A stretch of 50,423 nt of DNA. Origin: an uncultured archaeon (GTDB lineage Archaea; Asgardarchaeota; Heimdallarchaeia; Heimdallarchaeales; Kariarchaeaceae). The DNA lies in contig CAZYCQ010000017.1 in assembly GCA_964645535.1 (NCBI GenBank), forward strand, positions 1 through 50,423, written 5' to 3'. The notes under the pieces are model-generated. The model did not search any database. It had not been told where the DNA came from and worked only from the letters and a program-made list of their open reading frames with translations. Below are positions 1 through 7,526 of this stretch, in pieces (position 1 is the first letter of the stretch; every line of letters starts with the position of its first letter). The position numbers were made by a program, and so were the translations under genes.

Positions 1-148
1 ATGGTTTAGCTCCGAGGTTTGGTGGTTTTGCATCTAAGTTGGGTTTGGCATCGAGATTGGGAGTGGAAGGCTTTGTCCCAAGGTTTGGAGGAGATGGTTT
101 AGCTCCGAGGTTTGGTGGTTTTGCATCTAAGTTGGGTTTGGCATCGAG
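1..148. repeat. Intragenic direct repeat: identical 55-bp copies at 1-55 and 94-148 (93-bp period), with shorter degenerate P(N/K)L(D/G)AK-coding units nearby
   Basis: atggtttagctccgaggtttggtggttttgcatctaagttgggtttggcatcgag occurs twice; the period is a multiple of 3. Confidence 0.9.
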
Positions 149-808
149 GTTGGGTGAAGTAGGTTTTGCATCTAGCTTTGGGGGCGATGCTTTGGCATTT
201 ACTATCGGAGGAGTAGCTTTTGAAACTTTGTTTGACTGTTCCACTTCTACTTTCTTTTCATCTGGTGTTTCTTTTTGCAGTTGGTCTTCTTTTTCTATTC
301 CATACCATTCCTCCGGTGTGGCGATATTTCCAAATTCTTCACCTTCCCAATATTTTTCGCAAACTTCTAGTGCTCTTTGAAAGATGATGTGACTAGGTGA
401 TTCACTTCTTTGTATGGTTTGCTCATTTATCGGATGGGGTATGGGTTCCCATGTCAAAAATGCAGGAATGTAGGTGATAACGTGTTTTGCTTTTTTATTG
501 CTAGCAATATGTAAAAGGTTTATCAAGCCTTGGAAATTGAGGACAAGTTGATCCATGGGTATCATGGGTGAGAATAGGGATGTATCGACTTGTCCATTGA
601 ATATGATGTCTCCTTCCTTGATAATAACGTTAAGGTGTTCTGGATACCTAATGTCTGCAATGTTGACTGTAAATTTTTGATATATTCCTCTTGGAACTTC
701 TCCAGTGGGGCTACATAATATCAGGTTTTCAGGGTTTACCTTATCGACTAGGTATCGGGCAAGTGTAGCTCCAATGAATCGATCAATTCCAAAGATTACA
801 ATTCTCAC
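2..808 (-). CDS. Degenerate extended-SDR (NAD-dependent epimerase-like) N-terminal domain followed by a Pro/Lys-rich repeat region; 3' end runs off the window
   Basis: Not in the ORF track. Hand translation from GTG at 808 gives MRIVIFGIDRFIGATLARYLVDK...ADIRYPEHL...QGLINLLHIASNKKAKHVITY..., then KPNLDAKPPNLGAKPSPPNLGTKPSTPNLDAKP repeats, open to the window edge. Confidence 0.7.
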   Translation of the reverse strand, partial: MRIVIFGIDRFIGATLARYLVDKVNPENLILCSPTGEVPRGIYQKFTVNIADIRYPEHLNVIIKEGDIIFNGQVDTSLFSPMIPMDQLVLNFQGLINLLHIASNKKAKHVITYIPAFLTWEPIPHPINEQTIQRSESPSHIIFQRALEVCEKYWEGEEFGNIATPEEWYGIEKEDQLQKETPDEKKVEVEQSNKVSKATPPIVNAKASPPKLDAKPTSPNLDAKPNLDAKPPNLGAKPSPPNLGTKPSTPNLDAKPNLDAKPPNLGAKP

Positions 809-841
809 TGAATATGACTTTTCTTTTTAGATGTTAAAAGT

Positions 842-1117
842 TTATACGAAAATCTGTTCGAGGGCTAATCTTGCCGCTTTGCGAATTGTCGGCTCAGGAT
901 CCTTTTCTGCAACCAATTTCATGATTTTAATGAGAGATGGGTTTTTTGTTACAATATCTTTCAGATGGGTGATTACATTTGCCCTGACAACCATGGATGA
1001 ATCTGTAGCTGCTATGATGAAGATTTCGGGAGGGATGTCCTTTTTTTTGACAAAGAAGGTCACCTTTTCCTTTTCACTCATGTTTGCCCATTCTTCTAAC
1101 GAGATTTCCCTAGTCAT
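842..1117 (-). CDS. Small HEAT-repeat-like protein
   Basis: Two HEAT-like units: ATDSSMVVRANVITHL and EKDPEPTIRKAARLAL. Confidence 0.6.
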   Translation of the reverse strand: MTREISLEEWANMSEKEKVTFFVKKKDIPPEIFIIAATDSSMVVRANVITHLKDIVTKNPSLIKIMKLVAEKDPEPTIRKAARLALEQIFV

Positions 1118-1248
1118 TTCAATTGCACCTTAAATTATAATGTCCATGGATAAATAGTTTTTCCATCGACCTTCCACAAATTTTTGCTAATATTGATGGT
1201 ATTGAGCTTTCCTGTTATATAGGGCATCCGTAACAATGACTTGCGGTC

Positions 1249-1977
1249 ATGTCAGAAGATAGTCGGTATATCAACTTTGACACAGAACGTGAAAAGCGGA
1301 TTGGAATTGCAGAGGCCGTTTTCGCGGAAGGAAAGTCTTTGGAGGAATTTAGAATTGTTCTTGAAGATCTCAGACCCTTAATTCCCAATTCATTGTTTCT
1401 ATTCACACGGATGAATTCAGATCACTTCAATTTGTTGAAAGATTCACGGTTTCCTATCCGAACGGTGGATACGAACTATCGAACTGCGATAGTGGGAGAA
1501 GGTGATTTCAAGATGCGGTTCAATGATCCCCAAGTTCTTATCGTTTCGGGAGGGACTTCGGATTTGGCAATTGTTGAAGAGATTTCGATCACCCTTTCTT
1601 ACCATGGAATTCCAAGTATTCATGCTGTTGATATTGGTGTTGCGAATCTTGAACGCTTGAAGATTGCTCTCCAAAAGATCCAGAAGTTTCGGCATTCATT
1701 GAAGATTATCATTGCAGTCGCCGGTTTTGAAGGAGCTCTGTTCTCTGTAATGAATTCAGTCACTAAGCTCCCGGTGATTGCTGTACCAAGTCCTCAAGGT
1801 TATGGTTTGGGAGGAAAGGGTGAAGCTGCAATGTTGAGTGCCTTGCAATCATGCAGTTCTGGTGTAGTTACTGTCAATATCGGCAATGGCTTTGGAGCTG
1901 CAATGTTTGCTATAAAACTGCTGAATCATCTGAATTTGATGGAGGAAGAATTCGGTTCAATCTTCCAATCTCAATAA
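1249..1977 (+). CDS. larB: Nickel-pincer cofactor biosynthesis protein LarB (AIR carboxylase-like)
   Basis: Motifs D.ERxxRIGIAEAVFAEGK, GTSD, DIGVA, AGFEGAL, GYG, LQSC, VNIGNGFGAA. Confidence 0.9.
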   Translation: MSEDSRYINFDTEREKRIGIAEAVFAEGKSLEEFRIVLEDLRPLIPNSLFLFTRMNSDHFNLLKDSRFPIRTVDTNYRTAIVGEGDFKMRFNDPQVLIVSGGTSDLAIVEEISITLSYHGIPSIHAVDIGVANLERLKIALQKIQKFRHSLKIIIAVAGFEGALFSVMNSVTKLPVIAVPSPQGYGLGGKGEAAMLSALQSCSSGVVTVNIGNGFGAAMFAIKLLNHLNLMEEEFGSIFQSQ

Positions 1978-1979
1978 AA

Positions 1980-3152
1980 TCATTCTTCCTTTTGAACAAC
2001 TTTCAACGTATTGTGGATTTCCAACGGTGTTTTTCCGAGTTCATTTGCCAGTCTTCTTAGATCCTCAAATTCAATTTTTTGGGTAAATGGGCCGACTTTC
2101 ATTCTCACCTCAAAAAATCTGTTATCAATCTTGATTTTTACTTTCTTTATCTTTCTTTGACCGATGTGACGATGGACATTTCTTATTCTTACACCCAATG
2201 TTCCAGTAAGGCGCATCAACAATTGTGACAATTCGTCTGCTTGTTTCCTTTTGGTGATTACTTGAATTTGCCAACCCGGTCTGTTCTTTTTGGTGAATAT
2301 GGGGTGGTAAGAGACGTCTAGGGCTCCTTTTTCCATTAGATGGATGATGGCATCTCCTAACATTTCTCCCGAAACATCATCGATATTTGTTTCCAAAACA
2401 GTAATCTCACTTTCCGTCTCTTGTACCTCTCCAATACGAACACGTACCACATTTGCTCTATCTTCTAATTCCTTGTTTCCAAATCCAAAGGTGCTTTTTT
2501 TCCAAACTACCTGTTTAGTCCTATTGAGGGAAGAAAATAGGGCTCCAAGTATTGCAGCTCCCGTAGGAGTTAACAGCTCTCCAGATCCATCTGCAACTGT
2601 GGGGAGTTGAAATTTCTCCAAAATTCTTTGTGTGGCAGGTGCAGGTACCGGTAAGATCCCATGACTGGTTTTCACGGTTCCCATTCCTGTATTGACCGGT
2701 GCCATGGTCAGGAAATGAACATCCAACCGATCGATAAGATATGCAGCTGTAAAAATATCGAAAACAGTATCAAAGGCACCTAATTCATGTAACGAGACAT
2801 CATTCGACTGGTGAATCTCTTTTTCGGCTTCTAAGATTGCCGTCCACGCCTTCTGCAGGATTGAATTTCCCAAATCCCCCAGTTCTGACTCCAATTGTTT
2901 GAAAATTTCAGTGATTTTGGTTCCTCCAATCTTGAGTTTTGGTTTCAGCGATTTCAGTTGATACCCCGAAATCCCTTTCTTTTTTATTTGCTTAATTTCA
3001 AAATTGACCTCTTGACCAATTGCTTGCGTTAGAATATTCTTTATCTCTGCTTCTAGCTCTTTTCTTTCCGAAAATAGTGCAGCTAGAGCTACAACAAGCA
3101 TATCTCCTGCTGCACCGGAGCTTGCCGCATCTATTCCTAGGACACGGTTCAT
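1980..3152 (-). CDS. larC: Nickel-insertion protein LarC (DUF111)
   Basis: SGAAGDM, HELGAFDTVFDI, HGILPVPAPAT, GELLTPTGAA, LETNIDD, KKNRPG, TLGVR. Start moved to ATG 3152 (MNRVLGID), which removes the overlap with eutA. Confidence 0.9.
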   Translation of the reverse strand: MNRVLGIDAASSGAAGDMLVVALAALFSERKELEAEIKNILTQAIGQEVNFEIKQIKKKGISGYQLKSLKPKLKIGGTKITEIFKQLESELGDLGNSILQKAWTAILEAEKEIHQSNDVSLHELGAFDTVFDIFTAAYLIDRLDVHFLTMAPVNTGMGTVKTSHGILPVPAPATQRILEKFQLPTVADGSGELLTPTGAAILGALFSSLNRTKQVVWKKSTFGFGNKELEDRANVVRVRIGEVQETESEITVLETNIDDVSGEMLGDAIIHLMEKGALDVSYHPIFTKKNRPGWQIQVITKRKQADELSQLLMRLTGTLGVRIRNVHRHIGQRKIKKVKIKIDNRFFEVRMKVGPFTQKIEFEDLRRLANELGKTPLEIHNTLKVVQKEE

Positions 3153-3186
3153 GAACCTGTATCTTTTCAGTCCAAAATATCTTTTG

Positions 3187-4632
3187 CTAATTGTTTCCTC
3201 TTGAAAAAACAAGAGATTTCACAGTTACGGGAACAACTTGTCCATTCACTAAAGGTGCCCCTATATCGATCCAATCCCCATCTTCAACCTCTATTTCATC
3301 AATACTTGCCAAATTATCCTTGATGCTGGTTTCCCTTCTGATGACGTTTCCGATGGAATTCCCGATATCTCTTTTGAAAATCAGGATAATTGGAAGATTT
3401 TTCTGAATTGTCCTTGGAAGTGCCATCTCAATTCCATGTGCAAAGGTCTTGAGTTTCTGATATGCAGATCTGACCGGGTCTTCAAAATAAAGTGCGACAA
3501 TTTGGTCGCCTTCTACCAAATCATAACGTGTGAGCGCTTTCTGTATTCTTTCCTTTACATATTCCTCTGAAAGCAAATTTCTATCTACATCGACTTCGAT
3601 GACTGGAATGTTTTGAAGTGGGAACTTAAGGCTGTCATCATCAAGGAAACAAGTCGATCCTGATATTTGGAGAGTATATGATCCTGCGCCGATGACCGTT
3701 GCCCTGATTTTGTTTTCTGGCTCATAAACTGGCGCAGGCAATTTTGCAAATTTGGATCTAAGCTTATTGGCAACCATATAGCCTATATCCTTGAAAGAGT
3801 TCTGCTTTCCATTGGAGTACAGCCATTCCGCAACACCTCCTGAAAACATGATCTCATCTATTTCGTCTATTGGTATGGTGAGATTGTCCGTCATTACCAA
3901 TTTCTGTACTATTGGGGTCTTTCTTCGATTAATGAAATCGATCAGGACATCTGCAAATTTCTCTGCAATTTGTTCCAGTTGCTCTTGTGTGACAATGTCA
4001 CCGATTTTCAATTTGAGGCCCAGTTTATTAATTACCTCCTCCCCTGGCTGGTCAATCCTTGTTATTTTCATGTCATCGCTGTAGGCAACCAGCCTTCCTC
4101 CTACGGAAATACAGGCTGTTTCAAGAACTTTTCCGTTTTTTGAAATAGCTATATTTGACGTTCCACCTCCTATATCACATGATAAAATGGTTTTTTGTTG
4201 GACTTCTGATCTTTTGACTGCACCTGAACCAAATGCTGCAATGACAGATTCAAAATTTGGACCTGCTGTTGCAGCGACAAAATCACCTGCATCCTTTGAT
4301 AATTTCTCTACTATTTCCGCCGCATTTTCCTTTTTTGCGGTTTCTCCCGTTACGATGACAACTCCTGTCTGAATATCGTCTCGAGTCAATCCTGCTTTCT
4401 TATACTCAGTTCTAAAGAATTCTATGAGTGAATCCATGTCAATCGTTGTTCTGTCAATCAATGGTGTGTCGATTATTCGTGATTTATAGATGACTTCTCT
4501 TTCAACAATCTCGTACCTATGTGAGTATGATTTGAGGTTTTTTTGAAGATGAAGTCTACTGAAAATCAAGTGACTCGTAGATGAACCGACGTCAATTCCC
4601 ACACTTGTCAGTGTGATTTTGTCATCCTTCAT
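3187..4632 (-). CDS. eutA: EutA-family (ethanolamine ammonia-lyase reactivase-like) ASKHA ATPase
   Basis: VGIDVGSSTSHLIFS, IVTGETAKKENA, AGDFVAATAGPNFES, DIGGGTSN, GGRL, FSGGVA, IRATVIGAG. Confidence 0.88.
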   Translation of the reverse strand: MKDDKITLTSVGIDVGSSTSHLIFSRLHLQKNLKSYSHRYEIVEREVIYKSRIIDTPLIDRTTIDMDSLIEFFRTEYKKAGLTRDDIQTGVVIVTGETAKKENAAEIVEKLSKDAGDFVAATAGPNFESVIAAFGSGAVKRSEVQQKTILSCDIGGGTSNIAISKNGKVLETACISVGGRLVAYSDDMKITRIDQPGEEVINKLGLKLKIGDIVTQEQLEQIAEKFADVLIDFINRRKTPIVQKLVMTDNLTIPIDEIDEIMFSGGVAEWLYSNGKQNSFKDIGYMVANKLRSKFAKLPAPVYEPENKIRATVIGAGSYTLQISGSTCFLDDDSLKFPLQNIPVIEVDVDRNLLSEEYVKERIQKALTRYDLVEGDQIVALYFEDPVRSAYQKLKTFAHGIEMALPRTIQKNLPIILIFKRDIGNSIGNVIRRETSIKDNLASIDEIEVEDGDWIDIGAPLVNGQVVPVTVKSLVFSRGNN

Positions 4633-4687
4633 GACACTGGTCTTGTTCCGTTGTTAATAAAGTTCCCAGAAGAGGAAATGGTTGAAA

Positions 4688-5398
4688 TTAGTTCTCAGGA
4701 CTCTTTTCTCCTTCTTCTGAATTTTCGAAGCTTTTCAGGTCCTCAATGCTTTGAGGCGGTCTTTTCAGGATTCCCAACCATGAGAGGATAGATCCTGCCA
4801 TGAAATAAAAGGCTTCTTCCACATTCAAACCAGTTTTGGCAGAGGTGCTGAGATAGATAATGTTGAACTTCTCATCCGCATATTCCTCATTTAGTTTTTC
4901 AACAAACTCTTGGACCTTCTCGTCTGGCACGACGGTTTCAGGATCGGCATTTTCCACCAAATCTGCCTTGTTTCCCAAAATGATGACAGGTACCTTTCCG
5001 CGAGAGCTATGCTTCTTCAACTCATTTAACCAATTGGGAATATTTTCAAATGATGTTGGACGGGTTCGATCAAATACTAATAGACCTCCAAAACACCCTT
5101 TGTAATACATCGATCTCACGCTATTGAAGGTTGACTGACCTGCCAGATCCCAAATCTGATAGGTGATGTTGTATTGCTTTCCTCCAAACTTATAGGAAAC
5201 GTCTTTTGCTGCAAAGTCGGCACCAATGGTCATTATGTGTTCTTCTGTAAATCCCATTCCGAGGTAATTTCTTCTCAAGCTGGTTTTACCGACAGCACCG
5301 TCCCCCATCAACACTAACTTGATGAAATAGTTTTCACTACCGTCATCTGTTTTCTTCACGATTTGTTTCGCTTTTGGTTTCTTCTTCTTCCAAAACAT
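4688..5398 (-). CDS. Rab-like small GTPase with polybasic N-terminus
   Basis: G1 GDGAVGKT, G2 TIGADF, G3 WDLAGQ, G4 NKAD, G5 SAK; N-terminus MFWKKKKPKAK. Confidence 0.93.
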   Translation of the reverse strand: MFWKKKKPKAKQIVKKTDDGSENYFIKLVLMGDGAVGKTSLRRNYLGMGFTEEHIMTIGADFAAKDVSYKFGGKQYNITYQIWDLAGQSTFNSVRSMYYKGCFGGLLVFDRTRPTSFENIPNWLNELKKHSSRGKVPVIILGNKADLVENADPETVVPDEKVQEFVEKLNEEYADEKFNIIYLSTSAKTGLNVEEAFYFMAGSILSWLGILKRPPQSIEDLKSFENSEEGEKSPEN

Positions 5399-5479
5399 TG
5401 GTGCTCAGTAAATAACACTAGTTATCTCTTTTAAAAAATTAGCTCCAAATTGCAAGGCCGTTTCGCAAAATTGTTTGGC

Positions 5480-5956
5480 TCATTCCATCAATCGTTCTAG
5501 AAGATTTACAACTTCTTCAAGGGTTTCACGAACTCTCTTTTTATATTCTGAATCGGTTTCTCCATCATTCCTCGTCTTATTTTCAACCTTTGTCATCGTG
5601 GTTCTGACTTTTTCAAAAGGTTCTTTCTTTATTGTTACAGTGTGCTGTTCAGAACCTCCTGTTTCTTCTGCTTTACCTTTCTTCAATACCTCCGAAGGTC
5701 TGACAAGTCGATCTTCCCCTGGAATTTCCGCAATTGGAATTTCTTTAAGTCTTTCTGAAGGTCTGACAACATGTTCTTCCTCGAAAAATTTGGATTGATC
5801 TTCCTTTTCAGCCTCTTTGGTCAGGATTTCACTTGGTTTAACCAACGTGTCATCGTCCTGCTGTTCAAACTCTCCCCCACTGGCTTCTTGCTCAGTCAAT
5901 CCACATTCTGGGCATGGATATCTAACGAAATAGGATCTACATCGTGGGCAGAGTAT
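5480..5956 (-). CDS. Zinc-ribbon protein with an acidic linker carrying three V(K/R)PSE repeats and a C-terminal amphipathic helix; probable ATA start
   Basis: The frame stays open upstream of the track's TTG (5899) and reads ILCPRCRSYFVRYPCPECG-LTEQ; GAGGGA lies 6 nt upstream of ATA 5956. Confidence 0.7.
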   Translation of the reverse strand: MLCPRCRSYFVRYPCPECGLTEQEASGGEFEQQDDDTLVKPSEILTKEAEKEDQSKFFEEEHVVRPSERLKEIPIAEIPGEDRLVRPSEVLKKGKAEETGGSEQHTVTIKKEPFEKVRTTMTKVENKTRNDGETDSEYKKRVRETLEEVVNLLERLME

Positions 5957-6041
5957 TTTAAATCCCTCGATACCTGAATCTTTCTTTCGACTTTAACTAT
6001 TTCGATGGGCTATTGTATTGAACCTCAAATTCAATCCAAAA

Positions 6042-6812
6042 TTAGGGAATTTTATAGAAACGCTTTGCATTTGATGATGTGATTTTAGCCAATTCCTTGA
6101 TCTCGATCTCAAAATCTTCTGCTAATTTCCTTGCAGCTATCGGAATGTTCCCGGGTTCATTTCGTTCAATGTCTTCAAGTGGAGCGCAGAATGGAGAATC
6201 AGTCTCGATCATGATGTTCTCTAGACCAAACCTTTTTGCTGTTTTACGCCGTTTTTTTCTCCGTGTAAGATTGGTGGGAATTGTTGCTGGATAGCCAAGA
6301 TCAACGGCTTTTTTTGCCTCTTCTGCGGTTCCATCAAAAGAATGCAACAAGACAGGCACTTCTGCATATTTCTCAAGAATTGAAAGCGTTGGTCCCTCAG
6401 CTTTTCTACAATGGATGACTAGCGGTTTATCCAATTGGTTCGCCACTTTGATTATCTCTATGAAAACTGCTTCTTGGTTCTTTCTTTGCTTTTCGTCTTT
6501 AACCCAATAGTAGTCAAGTCCCACCTCTCCAATCCCAACTATTCTGTCTCCGAATGATGAATCAAGCTGTTCCGAAAACATGCCAAAAAGATCCTTTTGC
6601 AGAAAATTTGGTGCTATCGTGGGTTGAAGACCTAGCGTTGTGAAAATTTCAGGAAACATGCCTGATTTTCTGACCTGTTCGAAAGTGGTAGGGTCAGAGG
6701 AGCAGTTGACAATAAGATCCACTCCTTTTGCTTTTGCTCTTTGGATCACTTTTGGCATTGAGTCATCGGGAAACCATGGTTCATGAAGGTGACAATGACT
6801 GTCAATAAACAT
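6042..6812 (-). CDS. tatD: TatD-family metal-dependent nuclease
   Basis: IDSHCHL, GIGEVGLDY, PLVIHCR, LHSFDG, IETDSPF, RNEP. Confidence 0.93.
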   Translation of the reverse strand: MFIDSHCHLHEPWFPDDSMPKVIQRAKAKGVDLIVNCSSDPTTFEQVRKSGMFPEIFTTLGLQPTIAPNFLQKDLFGMFSEQLDSSFGDRIVGIGEVGLDYYWVKDEKQRKNQEAVFIEIIKVANQLDKPLVIHCRKAEGPTLSILEKYAEVPVLLHSFDGTAEEAKKAVDLGYPATIPTNLTRRKKRRKTAKRFGLENIMIETDSPFCAPLEDIERNEPGNIPIAARKLAEDFEIEIKELAKITSSNAKRFYKIP

Positions 6813-6909
6813 CTTATTCTGGTTTCTCTTCTCATCTTTAAATTTGGAATCAAACTACCCGAGACATTTGACCTTTAAACTTTTATGTGATAAAGGAATA
6901 TTATGAAAC

Positions 6910-7206
6910 ATGGCAGTTGTACTCAAATTCATTGACGGACAATTTACGGAATCAGACGCCAAAGAATACGATGCCAAGCTGGAATTAATCCCTGATGGGC
7001 ATACCGGAGTCGCAAAACTTTCCTTTTCGGATTTCATCAGCCTTATCAATCGACGAATCGCCATTCGGCAGGCGAATAGCATCTGTGCAAGTGGATTTCA
7101 ATTGAAGAACGGAACTCGAATCGGACGCGGATTTGATCTTGAAATTCTTGGAGAGGATGAAATTAGTGATACCTTGAAAAAAGAGGGACATAAGTACAAT
7201 CGTTAG
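6910..7206 (+). CDS. Single-domain gelsolin/cofilin-like protein (Asgard ProGel-like)
   Basis: 98 aa with helix LINRRIAIRQANSIxxSGF...RIGRGFDL and tail DTLKKEGHKY, resembling Asgard one-domain gelsolins as I recall them. Confidence 0.6.
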   Translation: MAVVLKFIDGQFTESDAKEYDAKLELIPDGHTGVAKLSFSDFISLINRRIAIRQANSICASGFQLKNGTRIGRGFDLEILGEDEISDTLKKEGHKYNR

Positions 7207-7430
7207 CTTTTCTGTTGCTCCAAATACCATGCCCAGATCTGGTCTATTTTTTTCTGCATTTCCTGTAACATCTCGAACTGTTTTCTTTCAGTTTGAGAGA
7301 TCAAGGCAAACTCAAGCAATTCAGTAATGAGTCTTGACTTGCTTATGCCTTGGCGGATTGCCTCTTCGGTAAGTTGTTGTGCAAGTTCCACAGGGCATGT
7401 GAAAACAACTCTTGTTGTGTTCTTTGCCAT
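7203..7430 (-). CDS. Ribbon-helix-helix (CopG-like) DNA-binding protein
   Basis: Beta strand TTRVVFTCP followed by ELAQQLTEEAIRQGISKSRLITELLE. Confidence 0.8.
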   Translation of the reverse strand: MAKNTTRVVFTCPVELAQQLTEEAIRQGISKSRLITELLEFALISQTERKQFEMLQEMQKKIDQIWAWYLEQQKS

Positions 7431-7526
7431 TAACGTCCTTTGGGAGGGTAATTACTAAACATTTTGGATCGGTCTTCGCGGACATTACCTTAAGGGATTA
7501 ATACCCAGTTTACATAAGCGAACTAA

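Noticed and set aside
1-200. Repeats at the left edge as a CRISPR array, and the + strand 39..380 ORF
   Set aside because: The period is a multiple of 3 with no unique spacers of constant length; the repeats encode the Pro-rich region of the minus-strand gene, and the + ORF is its antisense shadow
5480-5560. Resemblance of the C-terminal helix to the Ena/VASP tetramerisation helix
   Set aside because: The similarity is only generic coiled-coil composition over about 20 residues and cannot be supported without a profile search
7203-7430. RHH gene as the antitoxin of a toxin-antitoxin pair or a mobile-element marker
   Set aside because: No adjacent toxin-like, integrase or transposase gene; the neighbours are the gelsolin-like gene and glyS
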